Below the pieces are notes generated by a model. The model did no database searches. It was not told the origin of the DNA and saw nothing but the letters and a program-made list of their open reading frames with translations. From contig OX597825.1 in assembly GCA_951406725.2 (NCBI GenBank), positions 73,160,001-73,224,000 on the forward strand: a stretch of 64,000 bases of DNA, in the 5' to 3' direction. Below are positions 43,145-58,510 of this stretch, piece by piece. Position numbers and translations under genes: made by a program. The DNA comes from Octopus vulgaris (Eukaryota). How positions within the stretch are numbered: the stretch's first letter is position 1; each line of letters opens with the position of its first letter.

Positions 43145-44264
43145 TATATATGTACAGGACACCACAAAAGACGTAAACTCAACAGAAACGAAAACGGAAA
43201 AGCCATTTTGTTACAACAGAAGGACGAGAACGAAAACATGTGCGTATGTGTATCTTTGTCCTTTCTCATTTTGACCACCGGAATTTGCTTTGTTTCCGTC
43301 CCCGTACTTGACGGTTCTGCAAAAGAACCAATAAAATGAGTATCAAACTTTAAACAATAAGTAGTGAGGTCGATTCGTTCGACTAAAACCCTTCAAAGCG
43401 TTGCCCCAGCATGGCCACTGTCGAATGACTGAAACAAGCTAAAAACGATAAATGACGTTAACTACCGTTTCCAGTTAATAATTTCTTAAATTTTTTCATT
43501 GAAATAATTTTGTACAATATTTTAATCTAAGGAATTTGCTGTTACACATTTCAAGTTAATATTTTCTATTGCACAATTTCTGTCATATAAATAATTTTCT
43601 TTTTAACAATTCCAGTGAAACAACATTTTTAAATATAAGCCTTTATATAATAAAAGACATTAGATATTTTCCATTAGCGTTTTTTGTTAACATTCTTCTT
43701 ATATTAAAAATGGTTTAACTTGTTATTAATAAAATTTTGTTTTAAACTCTTTATCATTGAAACATACTCAACGTATATGTATTGTTGAAAAGTTAGTGGC
43801 TGTGGTTTTCGTTCCCATAAAATCCCTTTATAGAAATTCTGTGTTAAATAACATAATGTTTGCAGAGCTTGGTGAAACGAAACCGTCTCATATGTGAATG
43901 CGATACGTATTTCATCACTGTTGTAGTTTCTCAATGTTATATACTTGTGTCACTTACGAAACGAAATAGAATCAGCGAGTCCGAAGCATATAGTGATTGT
44001 GTACAATCTATACACTGGTTTGTAGAGGCGCCGCATAAACAGAATATAATTCGAATTATGCAACAGGAAAACATCCATTTAAATACGTTTGTTAAAAAAT
44101 TAGGTTAAACACGTATTGTTCCTCGAGTAGTCGTAGTAGTTATTAGAAGGGAGATCATAATTACTTCATAAAATTTGGTAGGGTTAGAAATTTGAATCTG
44201 AAATTAAGGAACTAGTATTAATTTTCTGGTAAAATGTTTGAGAGAAACAGCTTGTCGCTGTTTA

Positions 44265-44676
44265 AGGCGGCGAGCTGGCAGAAACGTTAGCACGCCGGGC
44301 GAAATGCGTAGCCGTATTTCGTCTGCCATTACGTTCTGAGTTCAAATTCCGCCGAGGTCGACTTTGCCTTTCATCCTTTCGGGGTCGATTAAATAAGTAC
44401 CAGTTACTGGGGTCGATATAATCGACTTAATCCGTTTGTCTGTCCTTGTTTGTCCTCTCTGTGTTTAGCCCGTTGTGGGTAGTAAAGAAATAGGTATTCT
44501 GTCTGTCGCTACGTTCTGAGTTCAAATTCCGCCGAGGTCGACTTTGCCTTTCATCCTTTCGGGGTCGATAAATTAAGTACCAGTTACGCACTGGGGTCGA
44601 TGTAATCGACTTAATCCGTTTGTCTGTCCTTGTTTGTTCCCTCTATGTTTAGCCCCTTGTGGGCAATAATGAAATA
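44265..44676 (+). mobile_element. SINE family A dimer
   Basis: Second, headless unit starts at 44494 after aagaaatag; agaaacagctt is repeated on both flanks. Confidence 0.9.
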
Positions 44677-44771
44677 AGAAACAGCTTACCGCATAAATGG
44701 TAAGTAGTTTCCGTAAAGCATTTTCGAATAAACTATGCTATATATAATACTTTTAATAATATGGGATGGAT

Positions 44772-45142
44772 GGAAGCACTCCGTCGGTTACGACGATGAG
44801 GGTTCCGGTTGATCCGAATCAACGGAACAGCCTGCTCGTGAAATTAACGTGTAAGTGGCTAAGCACTCCACAGACACGTGTACCCTTAACGTAGTTCTCG
44901 GGGATATTCAGCGTGACACAGAGAGTGACAAGGCCGGCCCTTTGAAATACAGGTACAACAGAAACAAGAAGTAAGAGTGAGAGAAAGTTGTGGTAAAAGA
45001 GTACAGCAGGGATCACCACCATACCCTGCCGGAGCCTCGTGGAGCTTTTAGGTGTTTTCGCTCACAACGCCCGGTCTGGGAATCGAAACCGCGATCCTAT
45101 GACCGCGAGTCTGCTGCCCTAACCACTGGGCCATTGCGCCTC
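44772..45142 (-). mobile_element. SINE family B
   Basis: Reverse complement of 5023-5411 with a short deletion. Confidence 0.9.
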
Positions 45143-45469
45143 TTTAATAATATAATATATAGTGTGAAACATGTTTCGTTAAGTGTATCTAACTTACTTC
45201 CGTTAATCCTCTCAAATACGAGATAGCCCAACCATGGAAAACGAAGGTGAAGATAGTACCTATTAGTGTCGGGTGCTAGTGTCAGAAGGCATCAAGAAGA
45301 ATGTAAAGGCAATCGGAATAGAGTGTCCAGTAGAGTTGTTACAGAAGTTTTGATAACAACATAAATCTGAACCACTTGCTATTCATGGATGACTCGAAGA
45401 AAAAGTATTTGCGACGATTCAGAAAGATAGATTCAAAGTTGAATGCCGAAAACATAATTTCCGCAATAT

Positions 45470-47160
45470 ACTCGTGCGAACTTGCAGTGGAATTCTGAAG
45501 TGAACAGAAAATGAGCTAAAAGTGTTGGGCAGGAAGACAAGAAAGCTTCTAACCATGCATGGAGCCCATCGTTCACCTGCTGACATTGATCATCAATACA
45601 TGAAGAGAGTAATTGGAGAAAGGGGACTGATAAGTGTGGAAGACTGCGTGCGTATTGAACATGGGAACTTAATGAGATATCTAACCCAACTGAGGAAACA
45701 TTGTTATTGGCAGTGAAAAAAAGAGGCTGTGTTGAAAGCAGAAAAAAAGAAAAGAGCAAATTAAGAAGTACAAGAAAGACATGAAGAAGCGTTACTCAAT
45801 AAGGGACTACACAATCAATTCTATGTAGCCACAAGTGAAGTTGATGGAGAATATACGTGGGACTGGTTAAAGAAAGGAACACTGAGAAATGACACTCAGA
45901 GCACTATACTTGCAGCACAGGAACAAACTTTGACCACAAATTGGAGAATCACTTTTAGAAGTAAGTGTCTTTATTGTGCCAAATTTTCAGTGGATTTTTA
46001 TGAAACTATTGTCCATGTTGTAAGTGAATGTCCTAGACTCGCTCTAAACCAGTATAAGTTGTGGCGGCATGATGAGGCGGCATAAGTTCTACACTGGAAA
46101 CTGGAGAAAGTGGTGGTTAGAGAGGTAAGACATGGTACGATCTCAAACCACAGAGAGTGACTAAGTCGAAGACTTGTAAAATCCTGAGGGATATCGCATT
46201 TCAAATGAACCTGGTGCTTGAACACAACAAATCAGAACTATTAACGGTGGATAAGTAAACCATGTGTGTTCTATAATTGTTGTTGAATGCCTATTTGACC
46301 CACGGATAGTTAAGAAGGCGATTCTCTTGATCCTTTCAAATACGGGATATCCCGACTGTAGCAGATGAGAAAGGTGAATATGGTGCAAATTATTGTTAGG
46401 GTCTTGGAGACAGTATCCGAAGATATAAAATGAAATAAATAAATGCGCCCTTTTAAAGCCTAGCCAGGCCCATGTGACCGGTTTCCCGGTTTCTATGGCG
46501 TATGTGTTCCCAAGCTGGATGGGACGCCAGTCAATCGCAGTGATACTCACTTTTTCCCACCTGAGTGGACTGGAGCAACGTGAAATGAAGTGTTTTGCTC
46601 AAGAACACAACGCATCGCCCCTGTACAGGAATCGAAACCACAGTCTTACGATCATGATGCTGACACACTAACCACTAAGCCACGCGCCTTTACAAATAAA
46701 TGTTCCTTCTCGAGCCATGCCAGGCTGATAAGGGCCGGTTTCCCGATTTCAGTGGCGTAGAAATTCCCCACCTGGATGGAACGCCGGTCCGTCGCAGGAT
46801 TACTCATTTTTGGCAGCTGAGTGGACTGGAGCAACATGAACATGAAGTGTTTTGCTCAAGAACACAAAGTATTGCTCGGTCTAGGAATCGAAACCACAAC
46901 CTTACGATCATGAATTCAACACCCTAACCACTAAGCCACGCATCTCCACTCCGAAGGTATTAAGTGGAACATAAAGGAAATGGGGAGTGCTCAATAGAGC
47001 TCTTGCAAAAAGTTTGCCTCCTTGGCACGGCCACAATCATCCACAAAGTAGTAGATCATTGAAGAGAACAAATAAGATTGTACCGAAGGTTGTAGGTAGC
47101 AAGTCCGCTATTCATGCGAGATTCCAGGACCTCCCACGAAACCCGAATTACAAAAATAAT
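45470..47160 (+). pseudogene. Decayed R4/Dong-like non-LTR retrotransposon 3' half (RLE type)
   Basis: RKTRKLLTMHGAH..ADID...RGLISVEDC, WDWLKKG...ILAAQEQ, CxxC...ETIVHVVSECPRLA..YKLWRHD, then LLQKVCLLGTATII after the inserted SINEs. A separate C-terminal fragment lies at about 45215-45350. Confidence 0.8.
46436..46948 (-). mobile_element. Two tandem SINE family C copies inserted in the Dong-like element
   Basis: Two headed copies; diverged flanking repeat tccgaagatataaaatg / tccgaaggtattaagtg. Confidence 0.8.
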
Positions 47161-47575
47161 ACTATATAAGATCCGATAATTCAGAAACTCATAACATTAA
47201 TTCCTTTTCAAATAATATATATTATCAAGACTCTTCCGTCCCAGACTGATGTCAATTAGTCTGAAGTTGAAATAATTGAAAATATCGATTAACCGATTGA
47301 TAAAAGCCTCGAAAGAATACATCGTAATTATTCATGACATACCTACCATAAAACAGTAAAGGATAATTGATTTGTGTCTTTCGGAAAATCTGTAAATTTT
47401 TATTTAATCGACACCAGTGTATTACTGGTTCTGTTTATTAATTTGTCGCAGAATTGGCTCTCTGTTTATGCTTATGTGGTGTGGTGGTTGTCATTGATTT
47501 GAACGCTGACCATTCTAGCCCACAGGGCAATTTCCGGCCAAACAGAAAGACAGAAAGATAAATAGAGAGAGAGAA

Positions 47576-47638
<63 letters not shown>

Positions 47639-47831
47639 TTGAAAAGTGTCGATTCTTTGAAAATTTTGGCACTTTAGCTCTGGTCACACCATCATCATCA
47701 TCATTATCATCACCATAGCTAAAGTGTGAAAGTGGACAAAACACCCACGCTTATAAATGAGATGGTGTCTCAATTATGTTTTGTGGGACAAACAGACAAA
47801 CAGACAGAATCTCTCTTTTATATATATATAG

Positions 47832-47862
<31 letters not shown>

Positions 47863-47890
47863 TGTATGTATGTATGTATGTATGAATGTA

Positions 47891-47933
<43 letters not shown>

Positions 47934-48561
47934 TTTCACTTCTGAAAGAAAATATTTCTCCAGCGTTCGCTATTTTTACCCTCGTTCTGATCTAACGACC
48001 CTCCATGTTTATTTTCGTTCGGTTTCCTTGTATGTCTCCACTGTCCTGTTTTTGTTCCCAACTTTGACCCTCCACAAGTCCCAAATTTTATTTTGGCACG
48101 TATGGGAGCAACAGTTTTCGAAGACGCATATTGTCGTACACTGCTCGAAATCTATCAAATCCACTCACAAGGCTCTGGTCGGCCCGAAGCTATAATAGAA
48201 GGCACTTGCCCAAGGTGCCATGTGGTTGGGAAGCAAGCTTCTTACTACACAGTCACTCTTGCGTCTTTGCTATTACGCAAAAGTGTCGTAAGTCTAAAAC
48301 GTAGCTTTTTCAGAAAACGAAAAAAATAGTTTCACCGTTCCATATCAAAACCGTTGCACCACACTTTGACAATTTTTGATATCTTGGCATCTGAAGCAGC
48401 TGGAGATACGATAGTTTGACCAAAAAGAACCGGCTATTGCAAGCAAAAATAAATAATGAGAAAAAAAAACGCATTTGACCAACGTTGGAGATATGACAGT
48501 TTAACATAATACGAACGATATATATATATATATATATATATATAAGGATAACCTTCCAAAA

Positions 48562-48858
48562 TTGGTTAATTTGCTGTTTGTTCCTTCTCGTGTCGGTTCC
48601 CCACTTTCATTGGCGTGTAGGTTTCCCACCTGGACGGGACGACGGTCCATCGCAGGTGAGCTGCAAGATGCAGGAGGAAAGAGTGAGAGAAAGTTGTGGC
48701 GAAAGAGTCAGCAGAAGTTCGGCCATTACCTTCTGCCGGAGCTGCGTGGAGATTAGGTGTTTCGCTCATAAACACATACATCGCCCGGTCAGAGATTCGA
48801 AACCGCGGTCTCTCTACTGCGAGACCGCTGCTCTAACCGCTAAGGCCATCTGCCTCCA
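48562..48858 (-). mobile_element. SINE with B-type head and C-associated tail
   Basis: Head ggaggcagatggccttagcggttagagcagcgg; tail cgatggac...cccgtccaggtggg resembles the tail at 46455-46540(-). Confidence 0.65.
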
Positions 48859-48869
48859 CACAAAGTTGG

Positions 48870-48942
<73 letters not shown>

Positions 48943-48953
48943 GGGATATATAT

Positions 48954-49015
<62 letters not shown>

Positions 49016-49043
49016 TATATATATACATATATATAATATATAT

Positions 49044-49119
<76 letters not shown>

Positions 49120-49395
49120 TGTGTTTGTATATATGTGTGTGTTTTTATTTTTTATTTTATTATTATATATATATATATATTATATATATATATATCTATC
49201 TATATGTGTATATATATATATATAATATTTTATATAGATAGATAGATACGCATATATATATATATATAGATAGATAGATACATACTATATATATACATAT
49301 ACATATATATGTATATAAAGAGAGAGAGAGAGAGAAGAAAGAAATAGATAGATAGATAGATAGACAGATAGATATACAGACATATATATAATATG

Positions 49396-49440
<45 letters not shown>

Positions 49441-49488
49441 ACCTATCTGAACGCATTTATATGTCTGCGTTTGTGTGCGTGCATGTAC

Positions 49489-49563
<75 letters not shown>

Positions 49564-49874
49564 GGATTATATTTATTTGTGTAGCGATGAGGAAAACACG
49601 ACAGAAATTCGTTTAGAAACCGGTTGGTTGAACACAAAATGCGGCAATGGAAGGAAACCATTATACTATTATGTAACAACTGTCAGACGATACATACGAG
49701 TTGTAACAAATCGATATTTATTGGAGTTAATAGGCACAGACATGGTTGATTGGTTGAAAAGCTTACTTTTCAGTCACCTAGTTTCGGGTTCAGTCCCACT
49801 GGTGGTGTATACTATTACAGTGGATAAAACTGTAACACAGTCAGTGGAATTGGTAAACAGAAACTGAAAGAAGC

Positions 49875-49984
<110 letters not shown>

Positions 49985-50052
49985 AATATATAGATGTATA
50001 TATCTGTATCCTTTTATATATAAACACACACATACATACGTCCATACATACA

Positions 50053-50106
<54 letters not shown>

Positions 50107-50125
50107 CACACAACAGAAGTAAATA

Positions 50126-50537
50126 TATTTCTTTATTGCCCACAAGGGGCTAAACACAGAGGGGACAAACAAGGACAGACAAAGGGATTAAGTCGATTAC
50201 ATCGCTCCCAGCGCGAAACTGGTACTTTTATTTATCGACCCCGAAAGGATGAAAGGCAAAGTCGACCTCGGCGGAATTTGAACTCAGAACGTAACGACAG
50301 ACGAAATGCCTATTTCTTTATTAACCCACAAGGGGCTAAACTTAGAGGGGACAAACAAGGACAGACAAAGGGATTAAGTCGATTATATCGCCCCCAGTGC
50401 GAAACTGGTACTTTTATTTATCGACCCCGAAAGGATGAAAGGCAAAGTCGACCACGGCGGAATTTGAACTCAGAACGTAACGACAGACGAAATACCGCTA
50501 AGCATTCCGCCCGGCGCGCTAACGTGTCTGCCAGCTC
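50126..50537 (-). mobile_element. SINE family A dimer
   Basis: Junction at 50310/50311 (cc|tatttc) is equivalent to those at 4026 and 44493. Confidence 0.9.
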
Positions 50538-50639
50538 AGACAAATTTATACTCGTTGAAATTAATTGGAATATGAAATTATACATTGAAATTAGTTGCTA
50601 ATTATTCTAATGTGAATATCTAATATCTACTAGTCCTGC

Positions 50640-51640
50640 CCTTTACATTTTTTCAATGCAAGGATCCTATTGGGTATGCTATTGATAAGATGACGAATAT
50701 TCATTCTCTTGAGGAACTTCTTGCCAAGTTTCAAGCAGTAATCTCAAAAGATCTGGCTTTGAGTATGCTTTGTTGTTCTCTTTATGAAGTGTTCTGTTCA
50801 TTATGACCCAGAGGTATCCAATAGGGTTCGTATCTGGTAACTGGCTTGGACATGGAAGCTTTTTAATGCCATTCTCTTCCAACCAGCCTTGGGTCTTTTT
50901 AGCCGTGTGACAAGGAGCCCCATCTTCCATAAATAAAGAGTCTTCTTTAATCATTTCACCACTGGAGAAGATTGGAAGGAGTCCTTTCTACAATATGGAC
51001 ACATATTTATCTGAGTTTATATTTCCCTCACACTCCACCAGCTCTGATCAACCATTGCTCCAAATTGCTCCCCAGACCATCACAGAATAGCCGCCATGTT
51101 TCATTGCTGGCTGCAATCTTTTCATGTCAAATTCTTGATCACAGTCTGCAGACCTGCACTCGACAACTGTCAGAAAATACAGCAAATTTGGACTTATCAG
51201 AGAATATGACAGTGCCCCAAAATGTTAATGGCCTCTCCACCATCTCACTGGCCCAATCTTTTCTCTGCTTGATATTGGCTGGTTGAAGAAGTGGCTTACT
51301 TCTTGCTGCTCTGCCATAGTAGCCAAGTTTGTGGAGATACCTGACAGCTGATCTGGGATTGACATCAACTTGTTCTGCTATGTCAGAGGTCTTGCAACGA
51401 GGATTATCCTCCACAATTCACCTAACAAAGTGAAGCGTCTTGTCAGAGGGCCCTGGTCGACCTGGGCAAGGTAATGTGGGCTCCTTGCCTTCCCTGTTGA
51501 ATCGCACAACCACTCGATTAACTGTAGAAAGTGGGATTCCAAGGTTTTCTGTAATTTTACTCTGTTTAGGTTCACTTTTAGATTGACCCACCATACGACC
51601 TCTTTGAAATTCGGATAGTTCCAAGGTTTCTCTTGTACAT
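50640..51640 (-). pseudogene. Tc1 (DD34E) transposase pseudogene
   Basis: [39 protein letters not shown]...PDTNPIG with 34-residue spacing (E to G); fragmented across ORFs 51418-51624, 51139-51414 and 50679-50954. Confidence 0.9.
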
Positions 51641-52890
51641 GATATGATTAAACAGTCACATATTGAACCTGAAGCATAAATATATCAATTAAAAACAATA
51701 ACCGTTTCAAGTTAAAATAAGCATAAAACGAGGTTTTATGGGGTGTCTATTTACTTCTCTCGTGTGTGTGTGTGTGTGTGTTTGTATATATATATATATA
51801 TATATATATACACAAGTGGGATACCGGGGTATGGCACTACGAGCCATCAAGTGAGAGATTAGCAGTTGAATGTGGACCAATGATGCCTTTCCAGATGACC
51901 ATTCCTGATAAGGGGCAGTACTAAACGTAATACCTCTATTAAGAGTCTCCTACATCTCTGTGCTTATCATAGAAAAAATTAATATCTAAACCGAAATATT
52001 TATTCGATGGTAATGTCATGTTTTGTGCTTTATAATTTATGTAATTTATATGTTTATAATTTATGTTAATTTATGTTTTATAATGTATGTTTTATAATTT
52101 ATGTTTTACACTTCCTGCGTTTTATAATTTATGTATAATTTATGTGAATGGAGAAAAAAATATTCTAGGATTTAGCAAACTGAATTAATAAGATTCAGAG
52201 ATTTTAGCGGGTTAAGCTTTAGTATAACCATTCATAATAACCGAATTTTGTTTAAACTCGGCGTAGAAAATGGCGATGGTGGAATTTGTCACAAGGTGTT
52301 TTTATTTTTATTTCATGAATTCTTTCTTTCATTTCAGAGTGGTGTGATGATTCCTTCTGTTAGGAAATGGGGTGTGGTTTTCGAACGGGTGTGTGCATTC
52401 GAAAGTAACTTTTTTTATATTGCGCGTGTGCATGTGTGTATGTGTGCGTTTGTGTTGTTCTTAAGTGTGTACCTGTGTGGGTTAGATGAATGAGAGTCGA
52501 ATATTCTTATTGGGCAATGAGGTTCGACTAATTTTGGAATCGGAAAAGATCAGGTGAGAATTAGCGGCAGAGACAACAACATAAAGAATGGAACCTCTGA
52601 AAAAAAAAAAAAACAGAAAAAACCCCAGCAACAATAACAACAAAAACCACAATGATAAAATTAAAAAAAAACAAAACAAAATAACAAAAGAAGTCTCTTG
52701 GAACAAAGAAAGAATGCGGTAAATCAAAGCAGTAATAAAATAAAATAAAATAAAATAAAATAAAATAATGCACAAATAACAAATAAGACTAAAAAAAAAA
52801 CGAGCGTGAGGGTGATATAAGAGAATATATAGGGGCGCTGCGGGGTGTAATATCACATTGAAGAGGAGGGGCTGAGGTGCTAGAGTCAGG

Positions 52891-53385
<495 letters not shown>

Positions 53386-54014
53386 AGCATACTATTATTA
53401 TTATTAGTAGTAGTAGCAGTTGTAGTTGTATTGTTATTGTTAAATGCTGGCGGCAGGGGTAGTGGCTGCGGAATGGAGGGGGTACGTTTCTGGTTTTCTT
53501 TTCTGTTTTTCTATTTTTTTTCTATTGGTTTTGTTTAAGGAAAACAATATTGGTTGGGAAAGAAAAGGATAGACTAGGCCGTTGCCGAAGGAGATGTGCG
53601 TCGGCGGCAACACATACCAAAGATGGCTGCTTGTTTGTTGTTGTTATGCTGGTGGTTTATTTTGTTGATGTTATGCTTCGTGTTATGCTCCTCCCAGCTC
53701 GGAACAAAACAAACAGCTAGGTACATACATACATACATACATACATACAAACATACATACATACATACATACACTGATACATACATACATACACTGATAC
53801 ATGTATACATGCATATATAAATATTTACACGCACACACACACACAGACATGCATGCATACATATATACATACATATGCATATACATACGTGCCTACACAC
53901 ACACACAAATATATATATATATATATATATACATGCTTAAATGTCTATGTGTGTATATATGAGTGTACATTGAGAAAAATATATGTATATATGTAATCTC
54001 TATACATATATATG

Positions 54015-54060
<46 letters not shown>

Positions 54061-54071
54061 CACATACAAAT

Positions 54072-54116
<45 letters not shown>

Positions 54117-54341
54117 CGTATATATTTATATATATACATATACATGTATTTATGTATGTTTGCGTGCATAATACATATGCATACATGCGAATATGGATAA
54201 GAGCGTGTGTATGTATATATGTATTTATATCAACGCATATGCATACATATATACAAAAGTTTCTACGCATAAAGACCCATATCATTGCATAACATATGCA
54301 CATCCACAAATATGTGTATATGTACGTATATAATATGTATA

Positions 54342-54375
<34 letters not shown>

Positions 54376-54405
54376 TATATACATATAGATACATATACAC
54401 ATATG

Positions 54406-54503
<98 letters not shown>

Positions 54504-55201
54504 CATACATATATATATATACATATATATACATGTATGTATGTATATGAATGCATATTTTATTGAATTCAAAAATATCTTTTCACCTACTCCTTATTCA
54601 CAATACGTATTTAGTAAATTTTGTCCACCCTTTTTGGCTTTCGTCCCATACAATCTCCTCCCTCCCTGCTTTCATATCTCCAACTCGGATGGCTGTGCTA
54701 TTCCAGGTATGTTGCCATTAATTAATATAAAGCATGCTGTAATTGACGACCACAGAATCGCAAACAACGGCTTGCTTCTTTAGTATACTTTGGTCTGGAG
54801 AATCGAATCGTAACAGGAACGGAAAAGAGAATCTGGTTAATGGTTGAGAATTATTGGCAGAAGTGAAATAACTCAAAGAGGCATTTCGTCTTGAAGTCCA
54901 GTTCTTCATTCTTTGCAATTGTTCATTGGTTCTGAAGACTAAAACCAAGAAGAGTAAAGAAAAAGAAATAAGAGAACAAAAGACCTCCCAAGGGAAAGCA
55001 GCATCAACTGAATTGAAACTGAATTGAAATCAAATCAAGCGGAACCAAACAGGAAGAAATAAGATGCCTGATGTTCTTGGTACCACATTCAGTCGCACAA
55101 TCATCGCGATTGCTGCCGTGTTTCTTCTGAACAATTTAAGGTATGATATATATACATGCACATATACATGGATATATGTGCGTATGTGTATATGTATATG
55201 C

Positions 55202-55277
<76 letters not shown>

Positions 55278-55376
55278 ATATGTATTTATATATATATATA
55301 CATACATAGATATATGCATATATATGTCTATATATGTATGCATATATATGTATATATATATGTATATATGTGTATA

Positions 55377-55428
<52 letters not shown>

Positions 55429-55509
55429 TATATATATAAATTGTATTTTTCTTTTTATTTTTGCATTTAGATGTTTATGCACATATATCTAACTATCTCT
55501 TTCTGTCTT

Positions 55510-55576
<67 letters not shown>

Positions 55577-55581
55577 GTCTT

Positions 55582-55640
<59 letters not shown>

Positions 55641-55649
55641 GTCTTTCTT

Positions 55650-55747
<98 letters not shown>

Positions 55748-57106
55748 CATACATACATACATATATTTGTATATATTTCTATCTCAGACTTTCTTTTATG
55801 TTTAGAGTCTTTTGCATGCGTTTTGTATGTTAAGCATGTATCTATGGAACCTTTTCTTTGAATGCCGTGCATTCTGTCCATAACATTGATATTTAGTACG
55901 AAATTTCTTGAATTTATTTCTGTCTGGAAAGTATCCTATTACAGGTATATACAGGTGCATACATACATACATACATACATACATACATACATACATACAT
56001 ACACAATACATACATGGACACATACATACATACATACATACATATATACATACATACATACATACACACACATACATACATACATACATACAAACAAACA
56101 TACATACATACAAACATACATATATACATACATATATACATACATACATACATACATACATACATACACACATATATATATATACACATACATACACACA
56201 TATATATGTATATAAATGTATATATGAATATATAAATATGTATATATAAATATATAAATATGTATATATGTACATATATATGATAAGGTTACATGTCATT
56301 AAATATATTGCACTATATATAAATATATATATATGTGTTTAATGGCATATAACCTTATCTTTCATAACAGTTTTAATAAGTCATCGTTTCGCCAGTTTTC
56401 CAGCTGCATTCAACAAAAATCGCATCAACAAGAATATTATTATCTTATTTTCAACGCTTTTTTCTGATATTTTGTTTTACTGAATTGATAATTCCGTTAT
56501 GTTAAACAGGTTGCAAAACTTGCTGAATGAAAAATTTGTTTAGATTTGGCATAACGGAATCAATATATAAATTGCTTCTAGCTATTTTGGAAATATACTC
56601 ATATTTTTTGTAGCTAGTGAAACAGAAAGTAATAAATCCGAAATCTAAGCTAATAACATCAAATTGTAAAACACCACCGCAAAAAAAGAAAGATAGAAAA
56701 AATACAAAAGATAAAAAGAAACTAAAAATTCTAGTTCAAAATATCATTCAGTTAAAGAAATAATTGACTGAAAATCAAATCCCGTTTAAACAAACATTAT
56801 TTCTCTAAAAATCAAAATTTTTTGAGGTGAAAACAAAAACATATTTTTCTCATTAAAAACAATAACGACGTAGATGAAGTTTAATAAGTTAGGAAACCCT
56901 CGGAGTTACCAACCTTGTTTTCTCGGTCAAGGAATAACTATTTCTACATAAAGGCGCAAGGGCAGAAGTTATGAGGAAGAGCGCTAGTCGATTACTTTGA
57001 CCCCCAGTTCTCAACTGGTACTTATTTTATCGATTCTGAAAGGATGTAGAACGAAGTCGACCTCTGCAGAATTTGAACTCAGAATGTATAACCGGAAGAA
57101 ATACTC

Positions 57107-57337
57107 ATTTCTTTACTACCCACAAGGGGCTAAACACAGAAGGGACAAACAAGGACAGACAAACGAATTAAGTCGATTATATCGACCCCAGTGCGTAACT
57201 GGTAGTTATTTAATCGACCCTGAAAGGATGAAAGGCAATGTCGACCTCGGCGGAATTTGAACTCACAACGTAACGGCAGACGAAATACCGCTAAGCATTT
57301 CGCCCAGCGTGCTAACGATTCTGCCAGCAAGCCTCCT
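57107..57337 (-). mobile_element. SINE family A monomer, adjacent to an older copy at 56935-57085
   Basis: Reverse complement of family A. Confidence 0.85.
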
Positions 57338-57953
57338 TTAACCATTCTAAGTTGCTGCCTTTCGGTCAAAGAATGACTTCTGCTAACTCCAAATGCTTTC
57401 CCATCTAATCATTATATTCATATTAAATCATTAATGATATTCAAACACGTATTTTAATTACTTAACTATAATGTCACTGTGAAATCAATTAATCCTTGTC
57501 ACTGTATAATTAATTAATTTTGCCATTGTGTAATTGATTAATCATTATTGTAGTCCCTTTAGGCGGTGAGCTGGCAGAAACTTTCAAATTCCGCCGAGGT
57601 CGACTTTGCCTTTCTTCCTTTCGGGGTCGATAAATTAAGTACCAGTTGCGTACTGGGGTTGATCTCATCGACTGGCCCCACCCCCAAAATTCCGGACCTT
57701 GTGCCTAGAATAGAAAAGATTATTTTAGTGTTTTTAAAATTCATTAAACGAAAAGAGAAAATTTTTTTCATAACTTCCATTCTCAAAACTTTGATGGAAT
57801 TTACCACGTACTCTTTCTATTTTATGCATTCAATGTACTCTTCGTACTTTCTGTACAAAAGCTTTCTCTTCTTTACTCTCGACTTGTTTTATTGACTTCT
57901 GACATCATATCTGTACGACATTGTACGACATTGTGTTGTCGATGACACTGGTG

Positions 57954-58086
57954 TCACACAGGATATCCCCTATAGTTGCACAGTGCCATCTCAGCAATGA
58001 CAGCAGGAACTGGAACTGGAAACGCTTGTAGGCCTGTAGAACGACTGTAACCACCTTCCAATGTACCATTAAAGCGGTGGGCATTT
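57954..58086 (-). CDS. Candidate terminal coding exon of an unidentified host gene
   Basis: Acceptor ttttatgcaatttcag, one leftover base, then NAHRFNGTLEGGYSRSTGLQAFPVPVPAVIAEMALCNYRGYPV-TGA. Higher GC and complexity than the flanks, with no transposon motif that I recognise. Confidence 0.45.
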
Positions 58087-58212
58087 CTGAAATTGCATAA
58101 AAGTGACGCTTAATCAATACAGTGTTGTATTGATAATATAATGAAGTTACTGGCATACATAGATTGAAGTATATATTACAAGGTTTGATAAAATATGTTG
58201 GTTAAGTAGATA

Positions 58213-58510
58213 ATTGCGATCAATAATGGGAATTCGGTGGCAGGAATGCATCTCCAACCTGACAATCTTGCACATAACCAGCTCTACAAGCACTGAAGCC
58301 AAGATCGTAAACGACCGGCCGTGTGGTCCGCATGGATAAATCTAGGATGCTGCGACAGTTATTCTACGGTGAACTGGAGAAAGGTGAACAGTCGTGCCTG
58401 AAGTCGCCCAATGAAGAAGTATAAAGACAACCTGGAGTCCAACCTTAAGTGGGCAAAATTCCAACACCGCGATCTCTAGCGTAAAGCGGCTGACCGGACC
58501 AAGTGGCATA
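58213..58510 (+). mobile_element. Decayed RTE-clade LINE 3' fragment
   Basis: LRSIMGIRWQECISN...VVRMDKSRMLRQLFYGEL...RPMKKYKDNL...AADRTKW. Confidence 0.75.

Noticed and set aside
51900-51935. cctgataagggg...taaacgta hammerhead-like text
   Set aside because: C3-A8 mismatch, no GAAA and no stem II.
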